Source of the DNA: Octopus vulgaris
Taxonomy: Eukaryota
NCBI GenBank assembly: GCA_951406725.2
Contig: OX597823.1
Span: 57,846,001-57,910,000 of the forward strand
Direction: 5' to 3'
DNA length: 64,000 bases
Part shown: piece after piece, positions 54,557 through 64,000 of the stretch
Position numbering within the stretch: the first letter of the stretch is position 1
Layout of the letters: each line of letters begins with the position of its first letter
Translations under genes and position numbers: made by a program
The notes under the pieces: model-generated
The model's database searches: none
What the model saw: only the letters and a program-made list of their open reading frames with translations
Told to the model about the DNA's origin: nothing

Positions 54557-55379
54557 ATCCTTTCTGCTATTGGCACAAGGTCTGAAATTTGAAGGGTGGG
54601 GGAAGTCGATTTCATCGATCCAAACGCTTAACTAGTACTTACTTTATCGGCCCCGAAAGGATGAAAGGTAAAGACAACCTTGGCGGAATTTGATTATGAA
54701 GAAGAAATAATAATAAAAATAATGATAATGTGTAATTTTTATTCTTTTTTCTTTTATCTTTTACTTGTTTCACTCTTTGGACTGCGTTCATTCTGGGGCA
54801 CCACCGAGAGGAATTTTTCAGTTGAACAAAGGGGCCTCGGTTCTTACTTGATTTTAAGCCAGATACTTATGCTATTGGTATCTTTTGCTGAACCGCTTCG
54901 TTATGGATATGTTAACAAGGCAACAGCGGTTGGCATGTGGTAGAGAGCAAATACAAATACAAAGACATGCGCATAAACATACAATCACACACATATATGT
55001 ACGGCGGGCTTCTTTTAGTTTTCATTTATAAAATCCATTTACCAGATTTTGGTCAGCCCAAGGTTATAGTAGAAGACATTTTCCTAAGGTGTTACGAGGA
55101 GAAACTGAACCCATGATTTGGGGATCAAGTATCTCAACTACACAGCCACACCTAATAATTAAAAAAAAAATGTTAATCCTTTCTACTAAAAACACAAGGC
55201 CTGAAATTTGGTGGGAGGGGACTAGTAGATTATATCGACCCGAGTGTGTTACTGATTCTTAATTTATCGACCCCGAAAGGATGAAAGGCAAAGTCAACCT
55301 CGGCGGAATTTGAAATCAGAGCGTTGCGACCGGCGAAATATCACCAAGCATTTTGATCTAACGATTCTGCCAGTTCGCC
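54557..55379 (-). mobile_element. SINE cluster: family A 54557-54693, family B 54757-55153, family A 55176-55379
   Basis: Similarity to the better-preserved copies above. Confidence 0.8.
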
Positions 55380-55412
55380 AACTAAATAATGATGATGATG
55401 ATGATGATGATG

Positions 55413-55450
<38 letters not shown>

Positions 55451-55525
55451 CATAATAATAATAATCATAATAATAATAATAATCATAATAATAATATTAA
55501 TAATAATACTATTAATAATAATAAT

Positions 55526-56048
55526 CGCATTGGCCTTCATGGCTTCTCATCTTAAATGATTGGAAATGTTATCATGTATATTGTTTTCTGTAAGTATAAA
55601 AGATGGGATACAGCAAATATTTTGCTCAATACCACAGATTTGCTTATCAGTTGTTTGACTTTAACCAGTTGAGCAAGTTCCTCCTTAGTGGTTGACAATA
55701 TGTGCATCTCTGATCATGAGCAGAAGTAGTGGGAGAACTTCATAGCTATATGGGGTTTGGATAATTCTCTTTTGGGAACATGGGTGTTTCGTTCAACATC
55801 CGTAAACAACCCTTACTCAGGGTCCTTTTGAGCAGAATGGGCTACTCAACCTGAAGAAAATTCTTACTGGACCCCACCAGCAAGGTCATGCGCTGTTTGT
55901 TTTGATATGAGATTATCGTGTCGCGCACATATGATTGTGATGCATGTGCCTAGTGTACCCTTATCAGACGGGTAGTTATGATAGGTATCCTGAGTTTCGT
56001 ATATTTTACCCCAGTGTCACTTTGATGGCGTGCGTTTCTCGTTCACTC
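55526..56048. mobile_element. (TAA)n-flanked non-coding interspersed repeat, copy 2
   Basis: Colinear with 22924-23385. Confidence 0.75.
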
Positions 56049-56088
<40 letters not shown>

Positions 56089-56089
<1 letters not shown>

Positions 56090-56280
56090 TCCTTTCTACT
56101 AAAGGCACAAGGCCTGGAATTTAGGAGAAGGGGATTAGTCGATTACCTCGACCTCAGTGCTTGACTGGTACTTTATCAAACCCGAAAGTTAAAGTCGATC
56201 ATAGCGGAATTTGCACCCAGAATGCAAAGACGGACGAAATGCCACTAAGCATTTAATCCAGCGTGCAAACGATTTTGCAG
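56089..56280 (-). mobile_element. SINE family A
   Basis: CCTTTCTACTAAAGGCACAAGGCC tail and CGGAATTTG.AC.CAGAA. Confidence 0.8.
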
Positions 56281-56574
56281 AATCGTTTACAGGCAGAATC
56301 GTTATCATGCTGGAAAAAAATCTTAGTGGTTTAGCAATATTCAAACTTTGCTGGAGTGCGAATGTACAATTCGTAGCTATACCTGTATCCCATGCAGTTC
56401 ATCGTGGCTGCACGTCCTTGACAGAACCCTTACTAAGCTCTAACTTTTTGTAAATTAACCATGATAGTCCTCGGCCAAAAGCCTTCCGAAACCGACCGGT
56501 TAGTTTGTACACGTCGACGCCGAAATTTTCTGCGATAACGTCTGCATAGTTATTGACCACTAGACGACCATATA

Positions 56575-56800
56575 TTGGTTTCAAATTTTGGCACAAGGAC
56601 AGCAGTTTAGGGGAAGTAGTAAGTCAATTATATCCCCCCACACACACACACACCAGGTCTCAACTGGTTCTTATTATTTGAACTCTGAAAGAAGGAAAGG
56701 CAAAATCGATCTGGGGCGGTATTCGAACTCAGAACTTAATGACGGACAAAATGCCGCTAAATATTTCGTCCTGGGTGCTAACGATTCTACCAGCTCACCA
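56575..56800 (-). mobile_element. SINE family A
   Basis: GGTTTCAAATTTTGGCACAAGG tail to TGCTAACGATTCTACCAGCTCACC head. Confidence 0.8.
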
Positions 56801-57026
56801 TCTTCGATGTCGCTATATGCTATGGTAATATTTAATGAGAGATAATTCAGTCCTAATAATCTATTGTAGAAGGAGATTTTAATATACACGAACACGCTCA
56901 CACATACAGCCATATAAATACTTACATAAGAATAAACCACTTACAATAACGTGCTGACCAAATACATACACACAAACATACACGGAAATATACACACGCA
57001 CGTAAATGCATGTGTGTGTATGTAGG

Positions 57027-57061
<35 letters not shown>

Positions 57062-57264
57062 CTGTGTGTGTGTATAAGAATATAGACATGAGTATACACG
57101 CACACATACATATGAATTTGACGGGGTAAAATGAAAGGGGGTTGACCTATTATGATCAAAATTATTGAACGCACAATCGGACAAGTATATATCTATATAT
57201 GTATATGTGAGTGCGTATAATTATCTATGAATAAGTGTACAGATGTATGCATAGCATATGTATA

Positions 57265-57301
<37 letters not shown>

Positions 57302-57347
57302 GATTAGATTCGTTTGGTTTCGTTTCGTTTCTTCTTCTCTAAGCTGG

Positions 57348-57411
<64 letters not shown>

Positions 57412-58295
57412 GGTACTTTACAAATACACACACACATACACACACATATATATAAGTATGTATATACATATATATATAATAATAATATATATTTATACAT
57501 ATACATAAAACATTCAAACATACATATATACATACATGCATACACACATATATATACATACTTGCATTCATACATACACTTATACATATTATATACATCC
57601 ATGCGTATATAGATGCTTACATACATAAATACAAACATACATGCATACGTACGTACATATAAAGGACTCTGACACAAGCAAGGTGCCTTCGATTGAAAAC
57701 AAAAGGAAGCCAATGATAATAAAAAAAACTGTCAAGTGAAAAGAAAATAATTATTGATATGTTATTTAACCGTTAGATAGGAAAGTATGAGGAAATAAAC
57801 AGAGCATGCTTTCAAAACATGATGAAGCCCGTCCTTCGCCTTGTCCTCCTCCAGTCTTCTTGCTAATCTTCCTTATCTCTGTCCTCTCGTATTCTGTTGC
57901 AAGTGTTTTTGTTGTTATCTCCCTTGATGCCATTCTCCTTATGACTGTTCTTTTTTTTTTTCCCTATCTTGTTTTTTCTTTGGTGGGGGGTTTTCTTTCT
58001 TTTTTTTATTTTTGCTTTTGCACCGATTAACTTAGCGTTAGTTGCAAACAAATCGATCTCTCTGGATTGATTTTGCAATTTACAATAAAAATAGCGAAAA
58101 GTCATTGGGTTGCACAAAAGAAGCTCTCAACAACTATTTTTTTTCAAATACGATTGCATTGACTGTTGATCAATGGCAATACTAAAAAGAACTTACCCAC
58201 CCCTGCGCTATATATATATACATATATATACAAATATATATATACATATATACATATATATCTGTACATATACATACATACATATATACATACAT

Positions 58296-58354
<59 letters not shown>

Positions 58355-58627
58355 TACACACACACACACACACACAAACACAATCGTATACGTGTATGCC
58401 TTCGTGTGTGGCTTTGTAGATTGGGTTAAAGCTATCAATGTTGATGAACATATTTACAGAAATGAAGTGCACTCCGAGTGTTTTTTATATAGCTTTTTGT
58501 TTGCTTCTTTTCTATAGTATATAAAAGTTAGTATAATATATAAAATACAAGAAGTTATTTTGGGGTATCATCAACTTCCTAAATTTCACATTCTGTTTTA
58601 TAAGTATGTATGTATATGTATGTATGT

Positions 58628-59200
58628 CATTAATCAGTTTTATTTCAAGATTTGCTAATGGAGAAAGAATCGGTTTCTAACCTAGATCAAAGGATCCTTC
58701 ATAGGAATTTCAACAACATCAGCAGAGTGTGTGCAATACTTTGAGTCAGCGCACGTGCAAATTTGTATGCTTTGTTTTATGTGTATATTCTCTTGCATAT
58801 AATTGCATATCTAGATATGCACATATATACTTAAATGATAAACTTCTGGAATCTTTGCATATTTTTACGGTTCCAATGTTGGCTTGGGTCTGCAGGTTTC
58901 GAATCAGCTTTTTCCTTTCTGATTTTGAGAAGCTTATTTTCTCAATATTGGTACTTAACCTGCGTGTTACATATCCCAGTGCCACCATAATTACAGGTAT
59001 AAATTTGAACTTGTAATCTGGGTAGAGTAACTGTACCTTTTACAGTAGTTCAGCGTAGATATTTTCTTTTTTGCTTTTATATTGACATCTGCCGGGCAGC
59101 TGATGTCCACTACTGTACACAGTTTCCCTTCTCTGTCCCAAATTACCATATCAGGTCTGTAGTATTTACATTATATTGAGGTTTTCACCTGTACACCATG
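58628..59200 (-). mobile_element. RLE-type non-LTR retrotransposon 3' end with endonuclease motif
   Basis: VKTSI*CKYYRPDMVIWDREGKLCTVVDISCPADVNI (PD..D), QLLYPDYKFKFIPVIMVALGYV and LIRNLQTQANIGTVKICK. (TACA)-type repeats on both sides. Confidence 0.85.
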
Positions 59201-60457
59201 TTATGTATGATTGTATGCATGTATGATTGTATGCATGTATGATTGTATGCATGTATGCATGTATGTGATGATGAAATGATTGGTGGGTCATTTGCCTGGT
59301 GGATTATTTTGTTGGATTGAAGGGATTCGGGGCTGCCAACCCCCAATCATTTTATGATCATAGACAATAATACGCACATGCACAAACACACACAAACGCA
59401 CGCACACACACACATACACACACACACACAAACACACACAGACACAGACACACACAGATACACACACTAGAAGGTATTTCAGTCGCAACTTAGCGCAACT
59501 TCCTAGACAAATATCTAGCAGTACATTATGTGCTCGTAATTTTTAACACAAAGTAGAGTGATATGCATGATATTTGCCTATTATTACTAGCATATCAAGT
59601 GACCACGTAAACGTCCTACCTTGTTCAGTCCATGATAATTAATGTGACGGGTTGATGAAGTGATGTGGCATGCTTTCTGCAAATAGAACTCTAAAATTCA
59701 GGACTAGTTATTTATTCCAGATTTAAGTAACATTACATGTTGTTATACAGATACAAAGTCTTCGGTCTAAAAAAGAACATTTCTCTCTAGAAGTTTATAA
59801 AAATCGTAGAGATAATCAATTTTCTTTTTCAGTTGAGCGTATATTGTAAGTCCTACTGGTTTTGTAACTGCTTGTTCTGAGAGCAAGCGCAGCATCTCGA
59901 CTTAGTAGAAACGGTTTAATAATTTAGAAACTCAGCCTCCGTTCGTAATTTGAACCTTTGTTTAATTAAGAACAACGTGCCGCGAAATTTAATAAAAGAA
60001 GTTTCGTTTCCAAACAACGACGTGCTTCCTTAGGGTCTGCAGCAGATTCTTCTATTTGGTAATGGTATCACGTTTCAACACTTGGGTGTAAAAGTTACTC
60101 ATCTGTTTAGTTACGTCATTACTGCCGAAAGACAAACGGAGGAAAGTCACACAACGTCATTCCTCTTTCGTTATTAATCTGATGGAAGTTCTGTAGTTAC
60201 ATATGAAATCGATATTGTCAGTTCCAGGTGTAAGACTGCCAAAGAAAGACAATAGTGACACATACTATAAGAATTATATTGCCAAAAGTATGAAGATTAC
60301 AGAGAATCGTGTATGAGGCATCTAGAAGGAACGTGTGTGGCCAATGTTTGAATTTCGGATTTCGGTTGACACTATAAAATATTAATTTGTAAATGTGTAA
60401 TACACACAAACACACACATATACATGTATGTATATATATATATATGTATATACATTT

Positions 60458-60534
<77 letters not shown>

Positions 60535-61606
60535 CGTATTAATTTGCAAGAGACAAGTTCCAAGGTCAATAATACTCGTCATTATTAATAAATTCCAGGG
60601 TAGCAAAAAAAAATAAGTTAAGAAAATTTCTTTGCTACCATTGGTCTAGCGAGAAGAAAAAAAATAGTCAATAGACTTCATATTATTCATATAAAAATAC
60701 TGTGTACATTTAAACACATAAGAGATCACCATAATAGGACATCTGACACGCTAGAAGGAGTAGTTAAACTCCAAAATACTTTCGAAAGTGAAAGTTAACA
60801 AATATGTGTATTGAAAATAATAAGATGAATATAAGACAATTAAGAACATCAAATTAATTTTTCTTATAGTTTACTTGTTGAAATTAACAAATATATTAGA
60901 TACTGTAATATTTCAGAAATTTGTACGCCAATGAGAACATTAAATTATGAATACTAGAATATTCGTATCTATGTATATGTACATATATATCATGCATATA
61001 TTTGTATGAATATATGAGTATATATATATGAGTATATAAGTATATATGCATATATTTACGTATGTAATGTACGCATGTATGTATGTAATGTACGCATTAT
61101 GTATGTAATGCACGCATGAATGTATGTATACGAATGTGTGTGTAAGCACGCGTTTAGGCATGTATGTATTTATTTAGTTACACTGCCAATTATAGATGAT
61201 ATTAGGGGAAACACTTCGAAAGTATGTCATGATTGGCGCCATTTTGTCAAATGCACCTGCTACTGCACTTCTTGATCAAGCTTATCTCTCTCTCTTGCAG
61301 ATAACCATGTTCCCAACAGGGAGTTGAAAATGGAACAAGAAGGCTCCAAGAATATGTTTTATTATTTTTATGTGCCAAAATAAGGAGAACGCGCTTTTAA
61401 TATCGTGTAAGATTCATGTGAGCTACGTAGAACATGGATGATGTGAAATAACCAACCGGAGTATTTAGGTATGCGATGCAGTTTCGTTTCTCATTCGTGA
61501 CTGAGCATGTATGTATTTGTATACATATTACATCAAGATTTTTGTTTAATAAAACAATATACTCGCTATCTACACTTCGGTTCTCGTATCTATCCACTCC
61601 TATATA

Positions 61607-61850
61607 TTGGGTTGGCAACTAAGTTACAACCGCTCTTTTATAATCCATTCACCCTTCTTGTTTACAACTTCTTCCCAACGTTCAACAATATTTTCAATAC
61701 CTCATTGGTAGAAATCACTCGATTTCGACTCGAAAAATTGATCCAACCAAGCTCTCATTTCTGCATCAGTATTGAACGAAACTCCGCGCATAGCATTTGA
61801 AAGAGATCGAAAGAGGTGGGAATCCGTTAGTACCAAATCAGGAGAGTACA
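61607..61850 (-). mobile_element. mariner (DD34D) transposase 3' fragment with one TIR
   Basis: YSPDLVLTDSHLFRSLSNAMRGVSF...WLDQFFESKSSDFYQ*GIENIVERWEEVVNKKGEWII. TIR TA|TTGGGTTGGCAACTAAGT. Confidence 0.9.
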
Positions 61851-62779
61851 CCGCACCCCTTAACATATGATGTTTAAAAATTTAGGAAAAAATCTAATGC
61901 AAATATCATGTAATTTTACAGTCGAAAGTTGCGTTAATTGTTTTGTAATCGTATCCGAATCATATTGGTGAGTCAAATATATCAAGAGGTTTTAATTAGA
62001 TGCCGATTCTTAGTGATACTGAATGTAAACGTCTTCTTACTCTGAGTAGCAGACTCGCTGTGAAGCTAATGAGGAATTCGATAGTCTTCAGTGATGAGGA
62101 ATATTGTTGATACGAGGGTAATTTTTAAGTGATATTGCTGTTACTTCAGAAAGGAATCGAAAAAATTGAAAACATATCCGACATTTTATATGCTTAAAGT
62201 TTAATTCTTTCATTGTTTTTCTTTATTAGTCAGCACTTTTTTGTGTTATACAACCTGTGTGTGTATGTGTGTGTATATGTGTGTGTGTGAGAGAGAATAT
62301 ATATATATGTATATGTGTGTGCATATATATATTTACGCATATATATATAGGGTTGGACAAAGACACATATAGGCCCTAAGCACTTAAAAGGTTTTGGTAC
62401 CCTCAAGAATATGTAAATGGTTCAAAATGTAAAAAAAAATAATTTAAAATGTAAACGATAATAAACCATAAAATAATTTTTTGTTTTTCAAAATGAAACA
62501 AAATTCCCAATAAGATGGAAAATAATGCTTATTTTTGTATGCTTCCATTTTATTTATATTTGAAAAGATTTCTCCTTTGTTTTTTTGTTATTCTTAATTG
62601 CAAAGTTTTTGATGATATCGTTAAAATTACTTTTATGTAAAACTTCTCCATCTTTACTTAGTAGAGATAAACCATTACAAATATTATTTTAGAAAGTTGA
62701 AAGTGATTTTTTTCGTGCCGTAAACCATTTTCATTTCTGTGGTACCCCCATCCCTTGATGTGTGTGTGTGTACATCCAT

Positions 62780-63315
62780 TCGTAGAATTTTGCCCGAGTT
62801 GGCTCACAGCTTTAACTTGGTTCCCTCTTTGTGACAAGGTAGGATACTTTTTCAGAGGTCATAGAATTTTGTGGTACTGAATGATATTTTAGTCAATCTA
62901 GATATTGTATATTGCATCTGGTTCTTGTTACGACGCTTAGATACCATGTTTTGCCTTCAACTAAGGCATCAATTTGGTACCGCCTCGAAGGTCACTGCTT
63001 ATGCTCAACTTTATACTTTTCACTAGGTCTGACAGGATGACAAGAAAGACATGGGGATTCAGAAGAATGTCTTGTGGACCTCCACTTAGCAGCTCAGCAC
63101 TTTGGGATAGTGCTCTGTTTGCTGTCACTGTTTGACTTCATTTTATCGGGAAACCGGATATCGGAATACCAGATCTTCCAGTTATTCAGTTTGACACAAC
63201 ATTTCACGAATGACCTTGTCAAGGGTTTAGCGAAATCAAGGCATGCTCAGTCAACAATTGATCCAGAGAGCAGATACTTGAGAATTTTGTTGTATGGTTT
63301 TAGAAGCTGTGATAG
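62780..63315 (-). mobile_element. CR1-group LINE RT remnant
   Basis: LSQLLKPYNKILKYLLSGSIVD*ACLDFAK..DKV and QTVTANRALSQSAELLSGGPQDILLNPHVFLVILSDL (cf. SGVPQG.VLGP.LF). Confidence 0.8.
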
Positions 63316-63408
63316 TCAGTAACACACACACACATCACACACAAAAACGTGCGTGTGGGTATCTAAATACATACATGTATATCTAAATGTGACAATGTGA
63401 CAGCATGA

Positions 63409-63452
<44 letters not shown>

Positions 63453-63596
63453 GTGTGTGTGTATGTGTGTGTGCGTGAGTAGTAATATATGCACACATAC
63501 AACCGTACATATATTTATTCACAATAAATACGTAACCATGTAAGCATTTCTATATGAAAACACACATATGTGCATATGCGTCTGTGTGTATGTATG

Positions 63597-63643
<47 letters not shown>

Positions 63644-64000
63644 ATGTATAAAGAGACGTACGGATATATGTGTGTGCGAATTCGATTATATATTCTTAGA
63701 AACTACTCGTGTGTTCATCTCAGACTCTTAGTTCCCAGACACCCACGAACTAAAAATGTCTAACTCCAAGAATGTAACGATTTATTCTAATATTTTGAAG
63801 CGAGTAATAATAGTAATAATTTCTTCTCTAAATTTGGCTTTGCATATACAATTAATCACGATGATCAGTGAAGTGAAATACATTGTTATACTTCTATAGT
63901 TAGCCAAGTCACCTAACTGTCTCGTACGGTGTCAGCCACCATCTTAGCAAAATGCGACGTTTTGTTGTATTAACTGTGTGTATATGTGTGTGTTTGTTTC

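Overview
AT-rich eukaryotic DNA packed with microsatellites ((TA)n, (CA)n, (TCTA)n, (TACA)n, (TAA)n) and transposable-element debris. The SINE families and overall texture suggest an octopus/cephalopod genome (inference from recall, not verified). I can support no intact host gene, and most ORFs in the supplied track are microsatellite translations. Recognisable elements: many tRNA-derived SINEs (some multimeric, some with TSDs); three non-autonomous Helitrons; Tc1/mariner remnants and MITEs; a Gypsy RNase H remnant; CR1/L2-like RT remnants; R4/Dong-type and other RLE non-LTR fragments beside specific microsatellites; Penelope-like (PLE) RT and GIY-YIG remnants. The most interesting signal is a set of short non-coding elements carrying type I minimal hammerhead-ribozyme motifs. 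These include an apparently intact U3-A8 covariant core (10174-10214, -), a spacer-less 164-bp palindrome with two opposed hammerheads (9157-9320), a foldback with a hammerhead relic in its loop (9367-9752), and a three-copy family with a fixed A6U core change. Minimal hammerheads in PLE terminal repeats are established knowledge; the variants and foldback layouts here merit testing. All alignments and folds were done by eye, so boundaries are approximate.
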